From an uncultured Wenzhouxiangella sp. (GTDB taxonomy: Bacteria; Pseudomonadota; Gammaproteobacteria; Xanthomonadales; Wenzhouxiangellaceae): a DNA stretch of 55,501 nucleotides. The DNA is taken from the NCBI GenBank assembly GCA_964540315.1, contig CAZIMY010000001.1, positions 1-55,501 on the forward strand. Reading direction: 5' to 3'. This document shows positions 38,703 to 48,425 of this stretch, piece after piece (within the stretch, counting starts at the first letter, position 1; each line of letters starts with the position of its first letter). Both the position numbers and the translations under genes were made by a program. The notes beneath the pieces are model-generated. The model worked only from the letters and a program-made list of their open reading frames with translations. It was not told where the DNA came from and made no database searches.

Positions 38703-39869
38703 CTAGTCGCCGACTCGCCAGGCCGTCAAGCGACCCTCGACATCGAGTACGTAGAGCGTGTTTCCCACAATCAGTGGAGCATCGGCCGGCGGATCGCCAC
38801 CGATTCTTGTCCGGGCGGCAAACTCGCCCAGCTCGGCGTCGTAGAAGTGCAGATAACCGGCCGCGTCGGCAGTAACGAGAAAGTCACCAAAAAACACCGG
38901 CCGCGTGATACCTCGACGGGCCAAACGATCATCTCTCCAGAGCGTTGCGCCGTTTCTTCGATCGACGAGCCAAACCGCGTCATCGCGATCGGCCACGGCG
39001 AGCCGGGTGCGCTGCAGGCTCACGCCCTGGTGGGAAGAAATATCCTTGCTCCAGAGTATTCGGCCGGAATCCAGCGCAAGGCCCGCCAACTCACCTTTAT
39101 AGGTCACGGCGTACAGCTCGGAACCAACGATCACCATGGGACCATCTATATCGGCAAGCTGCTCAAGTTCTGTTCTTCCTTCAGGGATACTGACCCGCTG
39201 CTGCCAGAGCAGGCTGCCGTCTTCGGCACGCAAAGCACTGATAGCGCCGTCTTCGTGGCCGATAAACACCTGACCGGCGCGACCCAAGGGGTCACCGCTG
39301 CCGCGCAGGGTCAGCAAAGGCACGCTGCGGTCGTAAACCCAGATTCTGGCGCCACTGTCGCGATCGATGCCAAAAACCCGGCCGTCAATACATCTCACAA
39401 CAATCACGCCATCTTGAATGACCGGCATCGACATGACTTCGGACGATAATTCCGCCCGCCACAAGATGGCGCCATCGGCGCGACTCATGGCCACAAGTTC
39501 ACCATCGAAGGTTCCCCAGTACGCCCTCTCTGCATCCAGCCTTGGGCCAGCCGACAGCGGCAACTCGGTTTCCCAGCGACTAAGTACGTCGCCGGTATCG
39601 GCATTCACCACACTTACCCGTCCGTCCGGACCCGCTACCCAAAGCTCCTGGCGATCGTAAACCGGGCGCAAAGCAGGTCGGCTTCTGCCACGATCTCGGC
39701 CAACCTTCACCGACCAGATTTCCCGTGGCTCAGCGCTTGGCGAAAATGTTACAAGCTCTGCAGGCCCCTGCTCATCCTCGTCTCCGTCGAACCAACCGCC
39801 GATGGTCTGGCAGCCGGTCAGTCCAAAAACGAGCGCGATCAGGATGGCATGGCGACAAGCTTTGATCAC
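38703..39869 (-). CDS. bamB: Outer membrane protein assembly factor BamB
   Basis: Lipobox LTGC, PQQ-type beta-propeller repeats, LTLRGSG and GRTELEQLADID motifs; between yfgM and der. Confidence 0.93.
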   Translation of the reverse strand: MIKACRHAILIALVFGLTGCQTIGGWFDGDEDEQGPAELVTFSPSAEPREIWSVKVGRDRGRSRPALRPVYDRQELWVAGPDGRVSVVNADTGDVLSRWETELPLSAGPRLDAERAYWGTFDGELVAMSRADGAILWRAELSSEVMSMPVIQDGVIVVRCIDGRVFGIDRDSGARIWVYDRSVPLLTLRGSGDPLGRAGQVFIGHEDGAISALRAEDGSLLWQQRVSIPEGRTELEQLADIDGPMVIVGSELYAVTYKGELAGLALDSGRILWSKDISSHQGVSLQRTRLAVADRDDAVWLVDRRNGATLWRDDRLARRGITRPVFFGDFLVTADAAGYLHFYDAELGEFAARTRIGGDPPADAPLIVGNTLYVLDVEGRLTAWRVGD

Positions 39870-40525
39870 GAATTCTCCTCGCCGGAAAGCAATGGTGTTG
39901 CCGTGGCGTCAAGCTTCATCTGAAGCATGCGTTGACCGCCGGGCTGGCCTCCAAGCGCTTCGATAGCCTCCTGATAAGCCAGGCGTGCGTCCTGCATTTG
40001 TCCAGTGGCGTAAAGGAGGTCACCCCGGAGTTCATTCCAGGCCGCTTCAAATCCGGGCGTGGGCGATTGCCCGAGGACTTCGAGAGCCTCACGGGTTTCA
40101 CCCTGCGCATCCAGCACCTTGGCCAGGCGAAGGGTGGCAACCGGCTTGAGCATTGCCAGGCCTGGCTGGTCAAGCACGTCCCTGTACAAGCGCGAGGCAG
40201 GATCCAGGCGTCCGTCCTCGACATAAGCGGCGGCCAGAATCATCGAAGCAAGTCCAACGTAGGAGCTTGAACCGACCTCTTCGGACAGTGACGCAAAGCT
40301 CTCCTGCGCCGCGTCGAGCTGTCCTGCATCAATTTCACCTTGGATGATAGTGAAATAGTCTGCCGCCAGCGCCCGCTGCTCACTTTGATGTCCCTGCCAA
40401 TAACGGAAACCAAAAATACCGGCAAACGCAAGCACCAGCCCCATCAGGACGGCTGCTCCGTATTCCTTGATCCAGTTGCGGACCCGTTCGCCCTGTTCAT
40501 GTTCGTCGTAAAGTTCTACAGCCAT
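39866..40525 (-). CDS. yfgM: YfgM family ancillary SecYEG translocon subunit (TPR)
   Basis: YDEHEQGERVRNWIKEYG plus TM, LRLA, ELRGD..A..AY, MKLD. Confidence 0.9.
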   Translation of the reverse strand: MAVELYDEHEQGERVRNWIKEYGAAVLMGLVLAFAGIFGFRYWQGHQSEQRALAADYFTIIQGEIDAGQLDAAQESFASLSEEVGSSSYVGLASMILAAAYVEDGRLDPASRLYRDVLDQPGLAMLKPVATLRLAKVLDAQGETREALEVLGQSPTPGFEAAWNELRGDLLYATGQMQDARLAYQEAIEALGGQPGGQRMLQMKLDATATPLLSGEENS

Positions 40526-40581
40526 CTGGATTTCTGCTTTGGTTTAGAGAAAAAGGTTTGGTTGCGGTCCGACATGATAAG

Positions 40582-41859
40582 TCAGTCAGCATTGATCTCG
40601 CTCAGTAGTTGCGCGAGCCGAGCCGCCAAATCTGAACGTGGAATGGTTTCCTGCGGGCGGTCGCCGCGCAGATCCTTGATCTGACAAACGCCGTCGGCGA
40701 CTTCCGATTCACCCAGCACGAGCGCGTAAAGAGCGCCGCTGCGGTCGGCCCGCTTGAACTGTGACTTGAAGCTGCCACCCCCCAAATTTAAAGACAGAGT
40801 CAGAGCCGGGAGGTGCTCACGCAGTTCTTCGGCCAAACCAAGGCCCTCCGCTATCGGGGCCTGGCAAACGAGATAGACGTGGGGGTAGCAGCTGTGCTCC
40901 GCGCCCTCTTTGTTCAACAACTCAATCAGGCGCTCCACGCCCAGCGCAAAGCCGATGCCCGGCGTATCCTTGCCACCCTGGATGGCCACCAGTCCATCGT
41001 AGCGACCCCCGGCACAGACCGTACCCTGGGCACCGAGGTCGTCTGTAATCCACTCAAAAACCGTCCGGGAGTAATAATCCAGTCCGCGCACCAGGCCGGG
41101 ATTGACCGAGTACTCGATACCCAGCCCGTCGAGCAGCGAGCGAAATTCGTCAAAATGCGCCTTGGCGTCGTCACCCAATGTATCGGCCAGTCGGGGGGCG
41201 TCCACCATAATGGCCTGAGTCTGGGGGTTCTTGCTATCAAATATCCTGAGCGGATTGGACTGCAGGCGGCGACGGCTATCAGGGTCTAGAGCGGCCTCAT
41301 GGGGCTTGAGGAATTCGATCAGTCGCGCCCTGTAGCGTTGGCGGTCTTCCTTGTCTCCGAGGGTATTGATTTCCAGCCGAATATTTTCCGAAATACCCAG
41401 TCTTTTCCAGATTCGCTCGCCCAGGGCGATCAATTCCGCATCGATATCAGGCCCCGGTAGACCAAAAACTTCGGCACCAAACTGGTGGAACTTTCGCTGC
41501 CGCCCACGCTGAGGGCGTTCATGACGGAACATCGGACCCTGATACCAAAGCTTCAGCCCGGAAGACGCCAGCATGCCGTGCTCGATCGCAGCCCGAACAA
41601 CCCCGGCCGTGCCTTCAGGGCGAAGGGCCAGAATGTCACCGTTGCGGTCGGTGAAAGCATACATTTCCTTTTCGACCACGTCGGTGGCCTGCCCTATGGC
41701 GCGGGTGAAGAGTTCTGCTTTCTCCACCAGCGGGACACGAATTTCACGAAAGTCATAAGCGGCAAACAGTTCTGCAAGCTCGCTTTCGAGCCAGCGCCAG
41801 GTTGGTGTGATATCCGGCAGCAGGTCGTGCATGCCGCGAATGGACTGGATGCTTTGCAT
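40582..41859 (-). CDS. hisS: Histidine--tRNA ligase
   Basis: IRGMHD, KEMY, LRPEGTAG, FRHERPQRGR.R.FHQ, LVRGLDYY, GGRYDGL, GFALGVER. Confidence 0.97.
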   Translation of the reverse strand: MQSIQSIRGMHDLLPDITPTWRWLESELAELFAAYDFREIRVPLVEKAELFTRAIGQATDVVEKEMYAFTDRNGDILALRPEGTAGVVRAAIEHGMLASSGLKLWYQGPMFRHERPQRGRQRKFHQFGAEVFGLPGPDIDAELIALGERIWKRLGISENIRLEINTLGDKEDRQRYRARLIEFLKPHEAALDPDSRRRLQSNPLRIFDSKNPQTQAIMVDAPRLADTLGDDAKAHFDEFRSLLDGLGIEYSVNPGLVRGLDYYSRTVFEWITDDLGAQGTVCAGGRYDGLVAIQGGKDTPGIGFALGVERLIELLNKEGAEHSCYPHVYLVCQAPIAEGLGLAEELREHLPALTLSLNLGGGSFKSQFKRADRSGALYALVLGESEVADGVCQIKDLRGDRPQETIPRSDLAARLAQLLSEINAD

Positions 41860-41916
41860 GATCTTTCAGAATGGTCAAATCAAAAAGGAGGGAAAGCCCC
41901 GACAACAGGTGCTGGC

Positions 41917-42891
41917 CTACGGACGGCGAACCTCGCCATCGGCGGTTAACTCAAAGGTGGCTATATCAGCCCTGTCCTGCCCGTCGAATTCCACCGGCAC
42001 CCCGTCCAACTGGAGCGACACCGCGCTCGCTCTACCGAGCAGTAAACGATACGGAGGATCAGCGGAAAATTCACGTCGATCTCCGCGGCGCACCAAATCG
42101 TATTCCAACCGGTCTCCGTTACCGGCATAAACCTCGAGCCAACTGTCTTCAAGCACCTCGATAACCAGCTCGGATCCGGTGGGCTGGATTTCGGCGTTAT
42201 TCCTCTCCGACAACTCGGCCCCTTCGGCTGCCGGGTCACGCAGGGGCCGAATCGACCCCACCGGCAAAGCGGTGGCTACAATCTGGGTCTCTTCGGAACC
42301 CTCGCGCTCGTTCCCGCCCTCAACGTTTTCCGACCCACTATCTGCGTCCAGTGCCAAGGCCCGCGCCACCCGTTCCGACACGCCTCGCTCCGGCAACTCC
42401 GACACCACGGTCTGAGATTCGGAAAGATTCGCCGAATCGTTATCGATGAAGCGGAGCCCACCCTGAATATAAATCAGGACCAAGGGCGGAACAATTAGAG
42501 TCGTTACAATGAGATACGTTGAAAACTTGAGAATCCGATCAAACTTCACAGCCGGCTTGCGAATCGGCAGTACCGAGTGCAGTCCAGAGGGTTTCGGCGC
42601 TTCGAGCGCTTCCAGCAGAGGCTCTGAATCCAGACCAAGGTAGCGCGCATAATTCTGGATGTAACCACGCAAATAAAGCGACGGGAAGCCATCAAGATCC
42701 CCGCGCTCTATTTTTTCGAGATGCGTGACGGGCAATTTCAAACGCCTGCTCACCTCTTCAAGCTTGATCCGGCGTTTGAGGCGTTGCTGACGCAACTGGA
42801 TTCCGATTTCTTCTTCGGTCCTGCCCACCGGCAGCCGCAGTTGATTCGGCTCTGCGACGGTCGGGGTCTTGTGCTGGTTAATTTCAGTCAT
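41917..42891 (-). CDS. rodZ: Cytoskeleton protein RodZ (HTH, TM, DUF4115)
   Basis: N-terminal HTH with YLRGYIQNYARYLGL, one TM, C-terminal DSWLEV...PYRLLLGRASAV domain. Confidence 0.88.
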   Translation of the reverse strand: MTEINQHKTPTVAEPNQLRLPVGRTEEEIGIQLRQQRLKRRIKLEEVSRRLKLPVTHLEKIERGDLDGFPSLYLRGYIQNYARYLGLDSEPLLEALEAPKPSGLHSVLPIRKPAVKFDRILKFSTYLIVTTLIVPPLVLIYIQGGLRFIDNDSANLSESQTVVSELPERGVSERVARALALDADSGSENVEGGNEREGSEETQIVATALPVGSIRPLRDPAAEGAELSERNNAEIQPTGSELVIEVLEDSWLEVYAGNGDRLEYDLVRRGDRREFSADPPYRLLLGRASAVSLQLDGVPVEFDGQDRADIATFELTADGEVRRP

Positions 42892-43681
42892 CGCCTTGTC
42901 TCAGACTGCGCAGCTCCCTGGCCTGGAGAGATTGTGGAAACAAGCGTTCCAGTCGCATAGCATACCTTTCGGCTTGATCCGGGTTGTTCAGTTTTTGTTC
43001 AATTCTGTAGCCGAGTATCAGGGCGGCTGGATCAGCTTCCGTAGCAGTCTCCAGGCGCTGAAGGAATGCTCGGGCCCGAAAGGCGTCGCCAGCCGCGAAC
43101 TGCAACTCGGCCAGCTGAAAGAGCGCGTCGGGATAATCAGGATCGATCCTCAGCGCCTGACGCAGGTAACGTTCCGCCGCTTCCACCTCCCCCGCCCGTC
43201 GCGCGCAGGACCCGGCATTGCTATAAGCGATTTCCGGCGTTGCATAGAAGGCATCGTTAACTGCGCGCTGGAAATGACGGTCAGCGTCTGCAAATCGCCC
43301 TTGCTGACACAAGTGAACCGCAAAAGCATTTTGAGTAGGACCATCGCCTGGCGCCAGCTGGGATGCGCGCTGGTATTGCTGACTGGCCGCCTCTGACTCG
43401 CCAAGTCGATCATAGATCAGCGCCAGCGTCAGACGGGCCGGGGTATGCGCGCTGTCGTGGCTCAACGCGGTCTGAAGCTTTTCGATTGCCAGCTGCAGCT
43501 GGCCCCGCTCCATGTAACCAATGCCAAGACGGGTATTGACTTCAGCGGCTCTAACCGGACTCACACGGTCCATGCCGTTCCGACCCTGCAAGGGTTCAAA
43601 TTCCCCCGGGCTTGTCGCGCATCCCGCCAGGAAGATCACCAACAAAGCCCCAACGAAAAACTGGGAGAGGCGATATCTCAT
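42884..43681 (-). CDS. pilW: Type IV pilus biogenesis/stability lipoprotein PilW (PilF)
   Basis: Lipobox LAGC, LGIGYM, TPRs, HLC..G, Y.TP..AYSNAG.C; between rlmN and rodZ. Confidence 0.9.
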   Translation of the reverse strand: MRYRLSQFFVGALLVIFLAGCATSPGEFEPLQGRNGMDRVSPVRAAEVNTRLGIGYMERGQLQLAIEKLQTALSHDSAHTPARLTLALIYDRLGESEAASQQYQRASQLAPGDGPTQNAFAVHLCQQGRFADADRHFQRAVNDAFYATPEIAYSNAGSCARRAGEVEAAERYLRQALRIDPDYPDALFQLAELQFAAGDAFRARAFLQRLETATEADPAALILGYRIEQKLNNPDQAERYAMRLERLFPQSLQARELRSLRQGDD

Positions 43682-44790
43682 GCTGGGAGCGCCTGCCTTG
43701 CCAGCTGCTCCTGAACCAGTCGCCGTCTTTCGCTTGGCTCCAGCAGCTTACCCACCAGCTGACCACAGGCCGCATCGATATCGTCTCCCCGCGTCTTGCG
43801 CACCGTGGTGATGATTCCAGCGGCCCTTGTGACCTTCTGGAACTCGTAAATCGCATCTGGCGAGGACGGACGAAATGGCGTTCCCGGGAAAGGATTGAAA
43901 GGGATCAGATTCAGTTTGCAAGGCAAGCCATTGAGCAGCCGGACCAGGCCGCGCGCCTGACGTCGATCATCGTTGACCCCGTCAATCATGGTGTATTCGA
44001 AGGTAATGGAGCGCCGGTGATGGACCCGAACGAATCGCTGGCAGGCCTCGAGCAGCTCGACCAGCGGATACTTCCTGTTAAGCGGCACCAAACGAGAACG
44101 CAGTTCGTCGTCCGGTGCATGCAGCGAAACGGCGAGGGCAAATTCTTCACCCACGGCGAGATCATCAATACCGGGCACAACACCGGCCGTTGAGATCGTG
44201 ACGCGCCTTGACGCCAGGCCGTAGGCCAGATCATCTCGAAGCAAAGACAGCGCCGGCCTGACGGCGCCAAGGTTGAGCAATGGCTCACCCATTCCCATGA
44301 AGACGACGTTTGTCACCTGCCGATTGCCCAATCGGGCTTCCGCCAAGGCCCTTACTGCAAACCAGACCTGGCCGATGATTTCGTCGGCTGCTAAATTGCG
44401 TTTGAAACCTTGCGTCGCGGTCGAACAGAAAGTGCAGTTGAGCATGCACCCGACCTGAGACGAAATACACAAGGTGCCGCGGCCCGGCTCGGGGATAAAC
44501 ACCGTCTCCACCGCGCTACCGCCTGCCTCACTGAGCAGCCATTTGACGGTCCCGTCATTTGAAACCTGCTCCCTGATAAGACGAGGCGCTCGAATCTCGG
44601 CGCTCGCCGTCAGGCGCTCGCGGAGCGATCGGGACAAATCGGTCATCAATTCGAAGTCGGTGACTCCGCGCTGATGAATCCACTGAAGCAGTTGCCGGGC
44701 GCGGAATGGCTTCTCGCCAAGGTCTGAAAAGAAAGTCTCCAAGGCGGCCCTGTCGAGCCCGATAAGATTGGTTTTCACATCAGCCGTCAT
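43678..44790 (-). CDS. rlmN: 23S rRNA (A2503-C2) methyltransferase RlmN
   Basis: CISSQVGC..NCTFC, NVVFMGMGEPL, SLHAP, NLIPFN, RGDDIDAACGQL; start 44790 or 44796. Confidence 0.96.
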   Translation of the reverse strand: MTADVKTNLIGLDRAALETFFSDLGEKPFRARQLLQWIHQRGVTDFELMTDLSRSLRERLTASAEIRAPRLIREQVSNDGTVKWLLSEAGGSAVETVFIPEPGRGTLCISSQVGCMLNCTFCSTATQGFKRNLAADEIIGQVWFAVRALAEARLGNRQVTNVVFMGMGEPLLNLGAVRPALSLLRDDLAYGLASRRVTISTAGVVPGIDDLAVGEEFALAVSLHAPDDELRSRLVPLNRKYPLVELLEACQRFVRVHHRRSITFEYTMIDGVNDDRRQARGLVRLLNGLPCKLNLIPFNPFPGTPFRPSSPDAIYEFQKVTRAAGIITTVRKTRGDDIDAACGQLVGKLLEPSERRRLVQEQLARQALPA

Positions 44791-44818
44791 CGGCATATGG
44801 GCAAAAAACCCTTTAAAA

Positions 44819-45238
44819 TCATCGCGAGTATAGCTCATCAGGGCCAAAAAAGAAGGCGATTTCTTCTTTGGCGGTCTCCGGTGCATCGGAACCATGGACA
44901 GCGTTGGCATCAATGCTGGACGCAAACTCGGCGCGAATCGTACCCGGTGCGGCCTGACGCGGGTCAGTTGCCCCCATGAGTTCACGGTTGCGCATGATTG
45001 CGTCCTGGCCCTCCAGCGCCTGGATCATCACGGGTCCGGATGTCATAAAGTCCACAAGATCGGCAAAAAACGGGCGCTCGCGATGAACCGCATAGAAGCC
45101 TTCAGCTTCTTCCCGGCTCAGATGCTTCATTTTAGCGGCGACGATCTTGAGACCTGCGCGCTCGAAACGAACGTAGATATCGCCTATAACATTCTTGGCT
45201 ACAGCGTCAGGCTTGATGATGGAAAGCGTGCGTTCCAT
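44819..45238 (-). CDS. ndk: Nucleoside diphosphate kinase
   Basis: [30 protein letters not shown]. Confidence 0.98.
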   Translation of the reverse strand: MERTLSIIKPDAVAKNVIGDIYVRFERAGLKIVAAKMKHLSREEAEGFYAVHRERPFFADLVDFMTSGPVMIQALEGQDAIMRNRELMGATDPRQAAPGTIRAEFASSIDANAVHGSDAPETAKEEIAFFFGPDELYSR

Positions 45239-45285
45239 GGGGTCTCCTTAGGGGCAATGAGGAATAATAAGCTGCAAAACAGCCC

Positions 45286-45291
45286 ATTATA
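45286..45291 (-). promoter_or_regulatory. Putative sigma70 -10 element (TATAAT) for the ndk-rlmN-pilW-rodZ operon
   Basis: Perfect TATAAT on the minus strand, 47 nt upstream of the ndk ATG, which has an AAGGAG RBS. Confidence 0.5.
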
Positions 45292-45335
45292 GCCCAGCAG
45301 CACGCTTGATCGAGCCCCGTCAAATGCGCTCGAAT

Positions 45336-45707
45336 TCAGGTTTCCGCGTGTAGCATCTGGGTCAATTCTTCATCGACCCGGGCTGCGTCTCCAAGGTTCA
45401 GCGCCACAAGGCGACGCAGGTGGGTCATGCCGTCGACATCAATCTCGACCCACTTCGCGCCCAGTCGTGACCCGGACACAAAGGCGATTTCCAGCGACAT
45501 GTTCATGCTCGCCTCCGGGCTCAAGCTGATGGCTAGCTTGGCACTTTCCCCGGCCACTGGCGCCTCGCCCTCAGGCAAATTCCTCAGCAGCACGCCTTTG
45601 AGAGAAAGGTTTTCAACCTCGACCGAGATGGGCTCATGCCCGTCCCAGTTGAGCAAGGCTGTACCCTCATAGTGAACCCGCTCGAATTGTCTTCTGTCTT
45701 CACTCAT
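45336..45707 (-). CDS. Stand-alone PilZ-domain protein (putative c-di-GMP receptor)
   Basis: RRQFER (RxxxR) and NLSLKG (D/NxSxxG) motifs; HLRRLVALNLGD; GGGGAG RBS before ATG 45707. Confidence 0.85.
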   Translation of the reverse strand: MSEDRRQFERVHYEGTALLNWDGHEPISVEVENLSLKGVLLRNLPEGEAPVAGESAKLAISLSPEASMNMSLEIAFVSGSRLGAKWVEIDVDGMTHLRRLVALNLGDAARVDEELTQMLHAET

Positions 45708-45741
45708 CTTCAAGCTCCCCAAATCAAAGGATGCGGACTGA

Positions 45742-46851
45742 TCAGACCGTCGGATTGATTTCCCAAGTGTCTGGCGTATCGTGTGCACCGTGCTCGCGCG
45801 ACATTCGAATACTCAAGCCCAGGTCATTGCGTGAATCGGCATTCTGCAGCGCTTCCTCCTCAGAGATCTTGCCCTGCTCGTACAGTCGATACAGCGACTG
45901 ATCGAAGGTCTGCATGCCGTGCTGGGCACCCTCTTTCATCGCATCTTTGATGCCGTGGATCTCTCCTTTCAGGATCAGGTCGGCGATATAGGGTGTTCTG
46001 AGCAGCAGTTCCACCGCAGGAACGCGCTTTTCGTCCTTGCCCGGAATAAGGCGTTGACTGATGATCGCCTGCAGGTGCAAAGACAAATCAACGAATAACT
46101 GACGATGTGCAGACTCCGGGAAAAAGTTGATGATCCGGTCGAGCGTCTGATTTGAGTTGTTGGCGTGCAGCGTTGATAGGCACAGGTGTCCGGTTTCGGC
46201 ATAAGCCACGGCGTGCTGCATGGTCTCCTGATCCCGGATTTCGCCGATCAGAATGACATCCGGAGCTTCACGCATCGCGTTTTTCAGCGCAATCTTGTAG
46301 CTCTTTGTATCCAGGCCCACCTCACGCTGGTCCACAATTGAGCGCTTGTGTGGGTGCAGAAACTCAATCGGATCCTCAATGGTCAGGATGTGCCCCGAAC
46401 GAAGCTCATTGCGGTGATCGATCATCGATGCCAGGGTGGTTGACTTGCCGGAGCCGGTGGAACCAACCACAAGCACCAGGCCGCGCGGCAGCATGATCAA
46501 TTCCTGCAGCTTGTTCGGCAGATTCAATGCTTCGATGGACGGGATTTCAGCCTTGATGTGGCGAATGACCATTGCCACGGAGCCACGCTGCCGGAAGACA
46601 TTCACGCGGAACCGGCCTACGCCATCCAGCGCGAGCGCCAGGTTCATCTCCATTTCGCGCTCGAACTCGGTACTTTGCTTGTCATTCATCACCGAATAAG
46701 CAAGCTGCCGAGTGTCGGCCGCGGTCATTCGCTGATCACCCAGAAACCTGGTCTTGCCCTCGATGTTGATGCCGACCGGCGAGCCGGCGCTGAAAAACAG
46801 GTCCGAGCCACCGTGCTTGATCATCGCTTGGAGAAATTTTTCTAGCGTCAC
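45742..46851 (-). CDS. pilU: PilT/PilU family type IV pilus retraction ATPase, PilU-type
   Basis: GSDLF, RFRVNVF.QRG, GSTGSGKST, TIEDPIE, LIGEIRD, ETGHLCLSTLHAN..Q.LDRIINFFP; YIADLILKG in place of the PilT AIRNLIRE motif; GTG start 46851 with AAGGA. Confidence 0.85.
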   Translation of the reverse strand: MTLEKFLQAMIKHGGSDLFFSAGSPVGINIEGKTRFLGDQRMTAADTRQLAYSVMNDKQSTEFEREMEMNLALALDGVGRFRVNVFRQRGSVAMVIRHIKAEIPSIEALNLPNKLQELIMLPRGLVLVVGSTGSGKSTTLASMIDHRNELRSGHILTIEDPIEFLHPHKRSIVDQREVGLDTKSYKIALKNAMREAPDVILIGEIRDQETMQHAVAYAETGHLCLSTLHANNSNQTLDRIINFFPESAHRQLFVDLSLHLQAIISQRLIPGKDEKRVPAVELLLRTPYIADLILKGEIHGIKDAMKEGAQHGMQTFDQSLYRLYEQGKISEEEALQNADSRNDLGLSIRMSREHGAHDTPDTWEINPTV

Positions 46852-46921
46852 GAGTAATGTCCTTGGAAACTCGGTCCCCGAGCTTATTGCATTTGAAACC
46901 TGCCCAACGCCACAAAGTGTA

Positions 46922-47338
46922 TCACTCTGATAGACCATTCCCGCCGAGGCGCAAGGTTTTCGCCAGACGGCGGAATTCTTCGTCCGACAGCTGCGAGGAG
47001 AAGACACCATGGTTGGCAAGCCCCCTTCCCCGCCAACCAATAAACCAAGGGCTGACATAGGGCTGACGAACAAGACTGCTCCATCGCCGACCCTGCCGAT
47101 AGTGCACGGTCGTACCGTCCAGGCGTATCACCAATCGAGGTCTGATTAGCCGGAAGCCCGCGGCGCCACCCACACCAAGAGCCAAAACTGAAAGCATGCA
47201 AGCGAGCAGAAAGCCGACGTCAGAACGCCAGGCCGAGAAGACCGCAGCCAGAGTCAATAGACCGATCGACAGGCCAAGGCGCCGATCGGGCTGGACAGCT
47301 ATTTCAGCCGGCGCTGTTGGAGAGGTGTCGTATGTCAT
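46922..47338 (-). CDS. YgfX/CptA-like membrane protein
   Basis: Two N-terminal TMs, C-terminal LSDEEFRRLAKTLR; overlaps the sdhE 3' end as in the known sdhE-ygfX pair. Confidence 0.6.
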   Translation of the reverse strand: MTYDTSPTAPAEIAVQPDRRLGLSIGLLTLAAVFSAWRSDVGFLLACMLSVLALGVGGAAGFRLIRPRLVIRLDGTTVHYRQGRRWSSLVRQPYVSPWFIGWRGRGLANHGVFSSQLSDEEFRRLAKTLRLGGNGLSE

Positions 47339-47561
47339 CGACGACTCGACAGAGTTCGTCTGACGGGGGACGGCTTCTACCCAAAAGCCAATTCCAAAGT
47401 TGATCATCTTCGGATTCCAGCAAACGACGAAAGCCTGAACGCATAGATTCATCAGCCGTTTGCCAGCGCTGCTCAAGCCAGCCGGTCAACAGCGCGTCGA
47501 GCTCCCGCATCCCCCGACGGCAACGCCATTTCAGTTCTCGAGGTGGCTCCACAAGACTCAC
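47304..47561 (-). CDS. sdhE: Succinate dehydrogenase FAD assembly factor SdhE (SDHAF2)
   Basis: LKWRCRRGMRELD (RGxxE motif), F..LLESEDDQLWNWLLG. Confidence 0.92.
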   Translation of the reverse strand: MSLVEPPRELKWRCRRGMRELDALLTGWLEQRWQTADESMRSGFRRLLESEDDQLWNWLLGRSRPPSDELCRVVDDIRHLSNSAG

Positions 47562-47594
47562 AAGGCTCTCGGTCCCAACAATTTGTCCACCAGA

Positions 47595-48380
47595 CTACAA
47601 GCTTCGACGGGCGAGCATCATCTTCTTGATCTCGGAGATCGCCTTGGCCGGATTCAGGCCTTTGGGACAGGTCTTGGCGCAGTTCATGATCGTATGACAG
47701 CGATAAAGCCTGAACGGGTCCTCCAGGTCATCAAGCCGCTCGCCGGTTGCTTCGTCACGAGAATCGACCAGCCAGCGATAGGCCTGCAGCAGGACAGCCG
47801 GGCCCAGATAGCGCTCGCCATTCCACCAGTAACTGGGACAGGACGTCGAACAACAGGCGCACAGAATGCACTCGTACAAGCCATCGACTCGCTCACGATC
47901 TTCGCGTGACTGCAAGCGTTCCTTATCAGGAGGCGCGGGGCTCTGAGTCCGAATCCAGGGCTTGATCGATGCGTACTGCGCATAGAAGTGCGTCAAGTCT
48001 GGCACCAGATCCTTGATGACCGGCATGTGCGGCAGCGGATAAATGCGCACGTCGCCCTTGATGTCCTCGATGGCCTTGGTACAGGCCAGCGTATTGGTGC
48101 CATCGATGTTGAAGGCACACGAGCCGCATATGCCCTCGCGGCAAGACCGGCGGAAAGTCAGGGTCGGATCGATCTCATTTTTGATCTTGAGCACCGCGTC
48201 GAGAACCATCGGCCCACAGTCGTCGAGATCAAGATCATACGAATCGATGCGCGGGTTCTCACCGCTATCGGGGTCCCAGCGGTAGACCCGGAAGGTCCGC
48301 ACATTGCTGGCACCGTCCGGCGCGGGAAAGTGTTGCCCCTTGTTGATTCGAGAGTTTTTTGGTAATCGAAATTCAGCCAT
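47595..48380 (-). CDS. sdhB: Succinate dehydrogenase iron-sulfur subunit
   Basis: [43 protein letters not shown]. Confidence 0.97.
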   Translation of the reverse strand: MAEFRLPKNSRINKGQHFPAPDGASNVRTFRVYRWDPDSGENPRIDSYDLDLDDCGPMVLDAVLKIKNEIDPTLTFRRSCREGICGSCAFNIDGTNTLACTKAIEDIKGDVRIYPLPHMPVIKDLVPDLTHFYAQYASIKPWIRTQSPAPPDKERLQSREDRERVDGLYECILCACCSTSCPSYWWNGERYLGPAVLLQAYRWLVDSRDEATGERLDDLEDPFRLYRCHTIMNCAKTCPKGLNPAKAISEIKKMMLARRSL

Positions 48381-48425
48381 GTTCTTTCGTCCGTCGGCAG
48401 CTCGGATCAGACCCGTGCGCTTTGA

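Noticed and set aside
46922-47561. CptAB toxin-antitoxin system
   Set aside because: The 'antitoxin' is the SdhE flavinylation factor (RGxxE) within the sdh operon; an SDH-related role is the simpler reading
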